Shown one piece after another: positions 38,960 through 46,906 of a DNA stretch of 64,000 bases. Made by a program: the position numbers and the translations under genes. The notes beneath the pieces were generated by a model. The model was not told the origin of the DNA, searched no databases, and was given only the letters and a program-made list of their open reading frames with translations. The DNA comes from a virus: IMG/VR virus record IMGVR_UViG_3300033990_000306, positions 24,475 to 88,474 of that record. One strand, written 5' to 3'. The stretch's first letter is position 1. Every line of letters begins with the position of its first letter.

Positions 38960-38975
38960 ATGGGAGTGACAACGA

Positions 38976-39470
38976 ATGTCTAAGAAGGACAGACAGGTAG
39001 AACCTGTGGAAAACGGAAATGGAGCAGCCGTTGGTGGTACCATACCAGAAGCCACCAGCGAAAACGTACCTGAAGTGAGTCAGGAAGCCAAGGACTTGGC
39101 TACTGAATTTGGGAAATCACCAGAAGAAGTGCAAAAAGAAATAGACGCACTACTTCAAGAGCCTGCACCTAAAAGGGGCGGAGCAGGTAGAACTGCCATA
39201 GAGAAAACGCCCGGTGAAGAGCTTAGGTTCCATAAAGGCACAAGTGGAGCCCTTGCTATATTTGAGGCGAGAATGGCTGGCAATAGGAAGTCGCCAACTG
39301 AGCCTAAGAAGTTCAGACTCATAATAACCAACAGTGGGGTTCGCTGTGAGTATATGGACAAAAAGGGCACGCACGGCTTTAACAAGAAGCCAGCAGACCT
39401 TAGCGAAGCAGGGTGGAAGCAGTTCGCTCAGACAGAGTTTGTGTCTCTGAGGAATTTGCCTATAAAGTAG
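38976..39470 (+). CDS. hypothetical protein, likely first and strongly expressed early gene
   Basis: Flanked by the repeated promoter and a strong terminator; GC-richer codons; acidic N-terminus, basic C-terminus. Confidence 0.7.
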   Translation: MSKKDRQVEPVENGNGAAVGGTIPEATSENVPEVSQEAKDLATEFGKSPEEVQKEIDALLQEPAPKRGGAGRTAIEKTPGEELRFHKGTSGALAIFEARMAGNRKSPTEPKKFRLIITNSGVRCEYMDKKGTHGFNKKPADLSEAGWKQFAQTEFVSLRNLPIK

Positions 39471-39490
39471 GCATTTTTCTTTTTTTTTGT
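39457..39490 (+). terminator. hairpin plus poly-T terminator
   Basis: TGCCTA-TAAAG-TAGGCA followed by TTTTTCTTTTTTTTT. Confidence 0.75.
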
Positions 39491-39500
39491 TTGTTAGTTT

Positions 39501-40006
39501 GTGAATAGGGAAGAGGTGAGAATAGTGGCGACAGTTGAAGAAGTGGTGGAAGGGTTCAATAAAAGGTACAAAGAGAATTTTGGCTATATGGACTTGCCGA
39601 GTTTTGTCATAGTGAAGACCAAAGCTTTTGTTGGCGGGTATAGGTTTGGGCTATTGGTTAAGGAGATAGAAGGGGCGTTGAACTGCCGATACTTTGGTGT
39701 GGAGAGTGCAGAAGGAGTTGTAGAGCTGGATTTCGAGAAGAATGAAAACATTGTTAAGGAGTGAGAATAGTGGAAGACATAGAGAAAGTAGTGGCAGAGT
39801 TTAATAAAGATTTTAAGGAGAGGTATAAGGTTCTGCTATTGCCTCATTTTGCGACAGTGCAAATAAAGAGGTTCGTGAGTAAAGCTATTTTCAACGAATT
39901 GATTAAACGTGTGGAGAAGCTAGACTACAAATATTATGGCATAGAGAGCTACAATAGTATAATCGAGGTTAATTTTGTGAAAACAGAATACCATATAGGG
40001 AAATAG
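39501..40006 (+). other. pair of tandem paralogous small genes (39501..39764, 39761..40006)
   Basis: Shared RIV...E.VV..FNK..KE....LP.F..V..K.FV and Y.G.ES motifs. Confidence 0.75.
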
Positions 40007-40081
40007 GTTCCGGTTTACGGAATGTATATGGTACCTGTTGGAGCATATTCCGAGTTAATAGAGAAATAAAAAAAGAAAATA

Positions 40082-40370
40082 TGCAGGCTGTAACCAGAGG
40101 GGTCCGATAAAGTCACCCGCCTGTGGATAATTCTAACGTCTGGTGTCCCGTCAGCAGACTGTTCAACCGACAAGAAGAATTTCTTGTTGTCTGTTGACAA
40201 TATGTTCAGAGGTTGACTGCTCCGAGTAAGGTTACCTGCTACTTACTGCAAACGGAGTTATATAGCAGGGAAAACTCTGGAGGGTGAAATTGGGACAAGT
40301 AGCCCGCTAGAGATAATGCCCAGTAGGCAGGGCTTCCACGTAGTCTGGGCGGGTAATGCTAAAAACTGCC
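40082..40370 (+). ncRNA. candidate large, multi-pseudoknotted structured RNA of unknown family
   Basis: GC-rich intergenic island with more than 10 complementary helices, several of them loop-to-distal pairings (see findings). Confidence 0.65.
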
Positions 40371-40380
40371 AATATGTAAT

Positions 40381-40734
40381 TTGGAGGCGAAAAAAACGAA
40401 AGAGAAAACAGTAGTTATAGAAGAACAACCATTGATAGTCTTGGTAGGAATGTCGGGGTATGACAAAGAGGCTCATAATTTGCCCATAATGGCACATATG
40501 CTGAAAGAAGCAGAAATAGGCAAAGAGTTTAGTGCCTATTGCGGAAACATAAGTAGGGACGCTTATGAGGAGTCTCTGAAAGTAATATACAAAGACGAAA
40601 ATGGAGTGGCTGGGCTATTGAGAAGTCACGGGTACTATGATAGCTCAAACCAGAACAATGAGTATGAGAATGAGCCTACTGTAGTATGGTTTGAACTCAG
40701 GGTTCCTACTAATGGGTGGAATGGGGGAGACTGA
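40381..40734 (+). CDS. hypothetical protein
   Basis: 117 aa ORF; start uncertain. Confidence 0.55.
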   Translation: MEAKKTKEKTVVIEEQPLIVLVGMSGYDKEAHNLPIMAHMLKEAEIGKEFSAYCGNISRDAYEESLKVIYKDENGVAGLLRSHGYYDSSNQNNEYENEPTVVWFELRVPTNGWNGGD

Positions 40735-40739
40735 AAAGT

Positions 40740-41483
40740 ATGGTGAGTAAAAAAGTGAATTATTTTAAAGTTTTGGGAGAAGGGTTGAAGACTGTGAAAG
40801 GTTTTCAATGGACTCCCGGTGAGTGGAATGAAGAACCTAATGCAGTAGTTGACGGAGAAGCTTGTGGAATGGGACTTCACGTTTATATTGGGCGACCGAA
40901 TTGGAAGTTTCAGTATTATCTTCCAGACCACGTTTATAGAGTTGAGAAGGTGGAGGGTTTATGCGGTAAGGATGAAGAGAAAGCGAGGTTTAAGAGGGTG
41001 AAATTAGCTAAGCTTCCAATGAGTCTAGAAGAGCTTCTTGGTCCTGAGAAAGACGGGTTGAAAGGGACAGATTTGTCAGGAGCTGTTTTAGCTTCAGCAA
41101 ATTTATACAGAGCAAAACTGTCTAAAACTCAACTGTCAGAAGCGAATTTGGCAAATGCACTTTTAAGTGAAGCAGATTTATCTGAAGCAAATTTATTAGA
41201 GGCTATTTTGTCAAATGCATATATGAGTGAAATAAACTTATCAGGAGCAAACTTAACAGCAGCGAATCTGTCTAAGGCATTTTTAGTAAGAGCAAACCTT
41301 TCAGGAGCTAGGTTAATAGGAGCAAATCTTTCAGGAGCAAGTCTACAAAATGCAAACTTGTCAGGAGCAGATTTAGTTAATGCAAATTTGTCAGAAACAG
41401 ATTTGTACAAAACTAATTTGACAGGAGTAGACTTGTCAAAAGTAAATCTCTCTGGAGCAGACTTAACTTACGTAATTCGCTGA
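40740..41483 (+). CDS. pentapeptide-repeat protein with N-terminal CG.GLH domain
   Basis: More than 25 tandem A(N/D)LS.-type pentapeptides; ATG 40740 with GGGGGAG RBS. Confidence 0.9.
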   Translation: MVSKKVNYFKVLGEGLKTVKGFQWTPGEWNEEPNAVVDGEACGMGLHVYIGRPNWKFQYYLPDHVYRVEKVEGLCGKDEEKARFKRVKLAKLPMSLEELLGPEKDGLKGTDLSGAVLASANLYRAKLSKTQLSEANLANALLSEADLSEANLLEAILSNAYMSEINLSGANLTAANLSKAFLVRANLSGARLIGANLSGASLQNANLSGADLVNANLSETDLYKTNLTGVDLSKVNLSGADLTYVIR

Positions 41484-41542
41484 GGCACTGATGAGCCCGT
41501 GAAATTCGGGCGAAACCGCAATATTTTGTGCGGTCTGCCAGC
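41479..41542 (+). ncRNA. type I hammerhead ribozyme, predicted cleavage after C41535
   Basis: Stem I GGCA/UGCC, CUGAUGA 41488-41494, stem II GCCCG/CGGGC, GAAA 41512-41515, stem III CCGCA/UGCGG, GUC cleavage triplet. Confidence 0.93.
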
Positions 41543-41565
41543 CAAAGTGACTGGAGGAAAATAGT

Positions 41566-41850
41566 ATGTACGTAAGTGGTAGAATGCCAAAGGGGGAGTA
41601 TGCTTACCATAAACTTACTCTCGAAGAAGCAAAGAACCTTGTAAGTAGAGGAAATTTTGTCTCTGCTGTAAGGGACAATACGACAGCTAGTGTGCTTAGT
41701 TATCTACTGGAGGTAACTATTCCAGTAAATAAAGAGCCTGTAATTGACTCGAAGGAAGAAGGGCTAATTTTCGTGCCTCACGGACAGGTAAGAGGAGTGA
41801 AAGTTAGTGATATTGACTTCCACTTTAATTTAGTGTTTCCTTTGAGGTGA
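41566..41850 (+). CDS. DUF1874/AcrIII-1 (STIV B116-like) homologue with altered catalytic motif
   Basis: KLTLEEAKNLV....FVSAV...TA.VLS.LL.V.IPVN matches the family, but SAIGH is replaced by SAVRD. Confidence 0.7.
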   Translation: MYVSGRMPKGEYAYHKLTLEEAKNLVSRGNFVSAVRDNTTASVLSYLLEVTIPVNKEPVIDSKEEGLIFVPHGQVRGVKVSDIDFHFNLVFPLR

Positions 41851-41853
41851 AAA

Positions 41854-41997
41854 ATGTATTATATAAGAACAGTCGAAAATAACGAGATACTAGTAAGGAA
41901 AGTGAAAACGGTCTCAGAAAGAAACTATTTCCTTAGCAGAGGTAATTCTAAACTAATCCCGTACAGAGAGTACGAGCTACTAAGGAAGAGGCTATAA
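41854..41997 (+). CDS. small basic hypothetical protein (47 aa)
   Basis: GAGGTGA RBS, MYYIRTVENNEIL... Confidence 0.45.
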   Translation: MYYIRTVENNEILVRKVKTVSERNYFLSRGNSKLIPYREYELLRKRL

Positions 41998-42265
41998 TGA
42001 CAAAAGTGCAAGCCTCTAAAGAAATCGAAAGATTAAAGAGAGGCGAGTAAATCACATTTCATAGATATAACTATGAAGAGGAGGTGAAAGGTATATGGAT
42101 GCAGAGCTTGAAGAGGTAGAACAGCAGATAGAAGTACTGCCCGTGAAAATAGAGAAGCCTATAGTTTTGAAGGCAAATCTTGAGGTACGGGGAGTAGACT
42201 AAAAACATTTTAGTAAAGAAAATTTTATTTCTTTATTTTTGTATGTAGTTAGAGGAGGGTTTAAA

Positions 42266-43348
42266 ATGGTGAGTGAAGAGAAAGCTGAAGATTTGGTTGA
42301 GTTGTGCAAGGCTTTTAAGGAGAAAAATTATGAGAAAGTCCTTAATTCGTTTCCGAAGGAGAGGGAGCAGAGAATTAAGGTAATGAAGTTGATGATAGAG
42401 AAGTTAAAGCAGTTTGATAGTATTAAGTCAAAGTTTAAGAAAAATTTCATTTATATGGAAGGTCTTGAAACAGATGTAGAGAGTTTTACAGAGATTCTTC
42501 CTATGCCGAAATTATTGCATAATGAGAAAGGTGAAGCGGAGTTTTTAGTTCAACCAGTAATAACGCCAATCATTGAAAGACGTGTGACTCTAGTAGATGC
42601 ATTTGTAATTGGTCAGGACGATAGTGGGTTTTGGGTAGAACCTATGATAGAGTTACTCTTTTTTAGAGCCAAAAGATTTCTAAGTTTAAGTGAAGTTGAA
42701 GTAATTAAAGAAATAAAAAATACTTTACTAGCAGGAGAAACTGTAGAAGGTAATACTATAGTAAAAGTTGGGAAATATAGGCTACAAGGTGATATTAACA
42801 TAGAAAAAGTACATAGTAGCTTTAGTAATCGAATAGCTCAGGTAGTAATTCCTTCTAAATTAATTCCATTTGTATCTAAATATTTGGAAGTTAATTCTGC
42901 GTTCTTTAAACTATTATTTGCTGTATCGTTTAATACACGTTTTAATGAAATTGCAGTTGAGGATTTGCAGGTAGAAATAGAGTTTAAGAAAGAAGTAAGT
43001 CAAGAGGACAGAGAGAATTTTATGGTTAATTTGCTTGAAGAAATTAAGTCAATAAGACAAGAGATTTCTGGTTTCGTAGGACAATTTATGTTAGCAAAGG
43101 AAATAGTTATTCCGTTTGAAAATCACGAAATAATTTTGAAGAATACTTCATTGCCGTTGTATGTTGAAGAAAAAGGAGAATTAACGTATTTTGAGGTGTA
43201 TAAAGAGGCAGAAATTACAGTTAGGTCTCCTCACCATAAAGAAGTTAATTTTACACTTACAGAAGGCGGTTATACACTTAGTAAAAGTGGAGGAAATACA
43301 TTAGACCAAGTAGAAGCTTGGTATAAAAGTTGGGGGATGAAAATATGA
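42266..43348 (+). CDS. paralogue 1 of a triplicated RxQGD/SPHH protein family
   Basis: IGQDDSGFWVE, RLQGDIN, FENHEI, SPHHK...GGY.LSKSGG; start moved to the ATG with a GGAGGG RBS. Confidence 0.75.
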   Translation: MVSEEKAEDLVELCKAFKEKNYEKVLNSFPKEREQRIKVMKLMIEKLKQFDSIKSKFKKNFIYMEGLETDVESFTEILPMPKLLHNEKGEAEFLVQPVITPIIERRVTLVDAFVIGQDDSGFWVEPMIELLFFRAKRFLSLSEVEVIKEIKNTLLAGETVEGNTIVKVGKYRLQGDINIEKVHSSFSNRIAQVVIPSKLIPFVSKYLEVNSAFFKLLFAVSFNTRFNEIAVEDLQVEIEFKKEVSQEDRENFMVNLLEEIKSIRQEISGFVGQFMLAKEIVIPFENHEIILKNTSLPLYVEEKGELTYFEVYKEAEITVRSPHHKEVNFTLTEGGYTLSKSGGNTLDQVEAWYKSWGMKI

Positions 43349-44463
43349 GTTTGGAAGAATTGAAAACAGCGTTAGAAAACAGAGAGTATGAAAAAGTAAT
43401 AAGTATGTTTCCACAAGACAGGCGACCAAGACTTGTTACAATAAGCGTAATGACAGCCCTTTTGAGAATAGAGAAAGAGCGAGTTAAGTTCAATAAAAAT
43501 TGTAATTGGGCTGCCGGAGGTAAAATAGCTTCTACTATTTACCAGTTAATAGGAGAGCCTCCAGAATATTTAATGGTCAGAATAAGTGCAAAAATATTAG
43601 TACCGAATGCAGACATAAGATATAGAAGATATGCTTTTGCATTTGATTTTGCTTTCATAATAGGAGAAGACGACAGTGGCTTTTGGGTGGAGGTATTAGA
43701 CAGATTCCCATTTGATTATGGCGATTTGACAGTTGGTGAAATTAGAAGAAGACTTAGTTGCGGGAAAGAGTTGTCTACTATTACGGAATGGAGACTTGGT
43801 AACGGAGAGCTTTACAGAGTTCAGGGTGACGTGAATGTCTCCTATAGAGTGTTTGGTCTGGACAATGGAGTTGTTCATAATATTATAGACTTAGCAGTTA
43901 CAACAGTAGTGCCTGAAATTTCAAAATATTTTGAGTCTGTTAGAAACCTTATTAGTTCATTCTACGAGTTTTTGTCTTCGTTTTCTCAGGAAAAAATATC
44001 AAGTAATAACTTAGGAGATTTTATAGCTGAAGCAAAGAAAACAGAAGAAGGAGAACAGTTAGAAAATTTAGCTGAGGTTATTCAAGAAAAACTGATTGAG
44101 GCTTATAATAGAATAGAAGAATTTTATGTTAAAAATTTAGTCGTTCCTGAGTATGAGTTAGACTTTGAAAATCATAAAATTCAGTTAAAAGAAGCTACAG
44201 TTCCGGTTAGTGTAGGTTGGAATAGTGGGATGAATGTTTTTCTAGTATTTGGGGAAGCAGAAATGACCGTTAAGTCTCCTCACCACAAAGAAGTTACAAC
44301 GTTTTTAAGTAGGGGAATATATACATTGGCTAAGAGTGGAGGACTAGGTATGAGGGATATAGAGCAACTTATGCTTTCATTTGCCAGCTATGGCGTAGAC
44401 CCAGTAAAAGGTTATTATGTTAAAAAGGAGGCGAAAAAAATTGAAGTTAGAAGAATTAATTAA
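43345..44463 (+). CDS. paralogue 2 of the triplicated family
   Basis: IGEDDSGFWVE, RVQGDVN, FENHKI, SPHHK. Confidence 0.75.
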   Translation: MSLEELKTALENREYEKVISMFPQDRRPRLVTISVMTALLRIEKERVKFNKNCNWAAGGKIASTIYQLIGEPPEYLMVRISAKILVPNADIRYRRYAFAFDFAFIIGEDDSGFWVEVLDRFPFDYGDLTVGEIRRRLSCGKELSTITEWRLGNGELYRVQGDVNVSYRVFGLDNGVVHNIIDLAVTTVVPEISKYFESVRNLISSFYEFLSSFSQEKISSNNLGDFIAEAKKTEEGEQLENLAEVIQEKLIEAYNRIEEFYVKNLVVPEYELDFENHKIQLKEATVPVSVGWNSGMNVFLVFGEAEMTVKSPHHKEVTTFLSRGIYTLAKSGGLGMRDIEQLMLSFASYGVDPVKGYYVKKEAKKIEVRRIN

Positions 44464-45505
44464 ATTGTATGAAGAAAAGCAGTATAGCAAAATGATAAAG
44501 TTATTTCCACAGGACAGAGCAGAGAGGCTGGAGGTTATAGGAATATTAGTTGAAGCTTTAAAATTTAAAAGAAAATTTATTGGTAAGTGGAGAATAGAGA
44601 ATACTTCTTCCTTTAAGTCTGGAGTAATTAAAAGAAAAAATAAAATAGAGTATTTTGTTATTGGGGCTTCTATTACTTATTCATATTATAACAAGTATGA
44701 TTTTAGAAAGTCAAATACAGAAAATAGATATGGTACTTTTGTAATAGGGGAAGACGATAGTGGTCTCTGGGTAGAAGTATTAGGATTTGTAAGTGAGAGC
44801 GTAGATTATGAGGCTGATGAAGTATTAAGTATGTTAAATGCTGAACAGAAATTTAGTGGAAAGTTTCCAATGTTAGAAGGTGGTTGGGTTACTGCAAAAA
44901 GAATGCAGGGAGACATAAATCTAGTTGGGCAAGATTTAGCTAATTATTTAAGTGATGAATTTTTCCACTATATTACAGGTAATAGTAATATAGATTTTCT
45001 TGAGTACGGGTTTTTAAATTTCATTGATATAGTTATATATTTTGAAACGGCTTTGGGTATGGTAGTTTATGACAAACCTTCATTTGAAGAGTTTAAAAAG
45101 TTTAACAGAATAAAGTCTAATAAGTTGTTTGGAATTGATGAAGCTAAATTAAAACCTCTTTATGAGGAGTTGATTAGGTTGTCTTATGAAGTGTTGAATA
45201 GAGCTAAGTATTTATTTAAACCTTGTAACAATGCTGTTATAAATTTTCAGAATCACAAAATTACATTGCATAATACTTCTGTTCCATTTACTGTTATTGA
45301 CCAATTAAATAATGCTTTTATAGTGTTTGACGAAGCAGAAGTTGTTATTGAGTCACCACATCACAAAACAGTTAAAGTAGATTTAAGTAGTGGTGTTTAT
45401 AGTTTTAGGAAGAGTGGAGGAATGGCAATAGAAGCAATAAGAAGCTATAAACTTCGTTCAGAAGAAAATTTAAAAAACATAGAAAAAAGTGGAGTGTGGT
45501 ATTGA
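44441..45505 (+). CDS. paralogue 3 of the triplicated family
   Basis: IGEDDSGLWVE, RMQGDIN, FQNHKI, SPHHK; TTG start with AGGAGG RBS. Confidence 0.75.
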   Translation: MKLEELIKLYEEKQYSKMIKLFPQDRAERLEVIGILVEALKFKRKFIGKWRIENTSSFKSGVIKRKNKIEYFVIGASITYSYYNKYDFRKSNTENRYGTFVIGEDDSGLWVEVLGFVSESVDYEADEVLSMLNAEQKFSGKFPMLEGGWVTAKRMQGDINLVGQDLANYLSDEFFHYITGNSNIDFLEYGFLNFIDIVIYFETALGMVVYDKPSFEEFKKFNRIKSNKLFGIDEAKLKPLYEELIRLSYEVLNRAKYLFKPCNNAVINFQNHKITLHNTSVPFTVIDQLNNAFIVFDEAEVVIESPHHKTVKVDLSSGVYSFRKSGGMAIEAIRSYKLRSEENLKNIEKSGVWY

Positions 45506-45962
45506 AATGTTGAGTCCGAGACAAAAATGGAAGTTGGAGCAAGCTATGTTTCATCAGGAAGGAAACAAATATGTTTTCAAAACTAGTGAAATATATATTG
45601 AGGTGGATGAAAACGGGAAATTTAGTTTGGGTAGTGGAATGTCTGAGCAGAATAAGAATAATGCAATAATGTCTATGGAAAATATGGGTTTTACTTATAA
45701 TTCTACTCCGGTAGAAAAGCCCAAAGTAGACATTGGCAAAGTACTGACAGAGAATGGGTTTGAATATTTTGAGCCATTGAAGTCTTATGTTCAGAAGTTT
45801 AAAACTCATTTGGTTATGGTAACACCTAGTGGGAATGTGAAAATATTTTATTATCCTGATTTCGCAGAAAAAGAAATGAAAGACCACGAAGCTAGAATAA
45901 ATAGGTGGAAGCAGAGGTTTAGGAAAATGGGAATAGACATAAAGGAGTTGAGGTTTTCTTGA
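45489..45962 (+). CDS. hypothetical protein
   Basis: ORF; real start probably ATG 45507. Confidence 0.5.
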   Translation: MECGIEMLSPRQKWKLEQAMFHQEGNKYVFKTSEIYIEVDENGKFSLGSGMSEQNKNNAIMSMENMGFTYNSTPVEKPKVDIGKVLTENGFEYFEPLKSYVQKFKTHLVMVTPSGNVKIFYYPDFAEKEMKDHEARINRWKQRFRKMGIDIKELRFS

Positions 45963-45979
45963 GAGTTTTTCACTCTGAA

Positions 45980-46037
45980 AACTACAAACTCTTTATATAC
46001 TTTTTCCCTATTTCCAACCAACAACCCTATAGAAAAA
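45980..46037 (+). promoter_or_regulatory. fourth copy of the ACTACAAA-N3-TTTATATA...ACCCTATAGAAAAA promoter element
   Basis: Same two boxes and near-identical spacing as 38898-38954. Confidence 0.7.
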
Positions 46038-46050
46038 CGGAGGAGTTAGT

Positions 46051-46509
46051 ATGGGAGTAAAAGAAGAAGAAGAGCAGGTGCCGATAGAAGTTGTGGACGA
46101 AGAAATAGAAAAATTTATGGGGAAAGTTAGTTCGAAGAAAGTAGTAGCAAGAAGAAGAAGAGTAAAAGGTATTTCTACTTCTGTAGAAAAATCAGAAGAA
46201 GAACAGGAGAGTAAAGACGGACTTCAGTTTATTTATTATGTTTCAGCGAGAGGAGTAGTTTACTTCAAGAATTTTGCTAGCTTTACAACCATTGACGGTA
46301 TAGTACATAAGAAGGTAGAAATTGCTATTCGTGACGAGGACTTTATAATATTAGACCAGTCACAAAACAGGCTAGAAAGTTTATTCTTTGAGTCTTCAAT
46401 TTTGACAAAAATAAAAGAAGGTATAAGAATGACTAGTAACCCTTCTGAGAAAGCGGACATACTATTGACTTATTTAAAACCAATAGTGAGGAGTGCGAAA
46501 TATGAGTAG
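46051..46509 (+). CDS. hypothetical protein
   Basis: GGAGGAG RBS after the repeated promoter. Confidence 0.6.
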   Translation: MGVKEEEEQVPIEVVDEEIEKFMGKVSSKKVVARRRRVKGISTSVEKSEEEQESKDGLQFIYYVSARGVVYFKNFASFTTIDGIVHKKVEIAIRDEDFIILDQSQNRLESLFFESSILTKIKEGIRMTSNPSEKADILLTYLKPIVRSAKYE

Positions 46510-46906
46510 TCTATTAGAGAGAGCAAAGAAGCTAAACAAAGAGCAACCTTCTACAATTCCTATAGTTACTAACAAAGTTAAAATTAACATAAACTTAGTT
46601 AATTCTGTAGAAGTAAAGTTTAAAGATTTGGACAAGAATCTTTTGTTTAACTATGTTATGAAAGTAGATAGTGCTTCTGACGACAATCTTTTAGAGGTAG
46701 CATTTTTGGTAGAAGAAAACAAAATGGAGCTTATGGCATCTTCATTTTTGGTTGGGTCAGTAATTAATAGTGAATTTACTTTGCAACCGTTATTGGAGAA
46801 TTATTTGCGTTCTACAATAGCATTAGAGTTTAAGAATGATTTTGGTGGAGTTAGTGACGAGCAGATTGCTAGAAGAATAGAGAAAGTATTAATGAATGTG
46901 GGGTGA
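46502..46906 (+). CDS. hypothetical protein with MSSLLERAK N-terminal tag
   Basis: ATG 46502 with GAGGAG RBS. Confidence 0.6.
   Translation: MSSLLERAKKLNKEQPSTIPIVTNKVKININLVNSVEVKFKDLDKNLLFNYVMKVDSASDDNLLEVAFLVEENKMELMASSFLVGSVINSEFTLQPLLENYLRSTIALEFKNDFGGVSDEQIARRIEKVLMNVG

Noticed and set aside
40082-40370. Group I intron or RNase P identity for the structured RNA
   Set aside because: UCAGCAG and GUUCAGAG look like Q/R elements and a P7-like pairing is possible, but no P4 5' strand follows the putative P3, stronger alternative helices use those bases, and no interrupted gene flanks it. The RNase P GAGGAAAGUCC and ACAGAA..CGGCUUA boxes are absent.
40015-40497. Minus-strand ORFs 40015..40200 and 40258..40497
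   Set aside because: No RBS, against the uniform gene orientation, and the region's complementarity is better explained by RNA structure.
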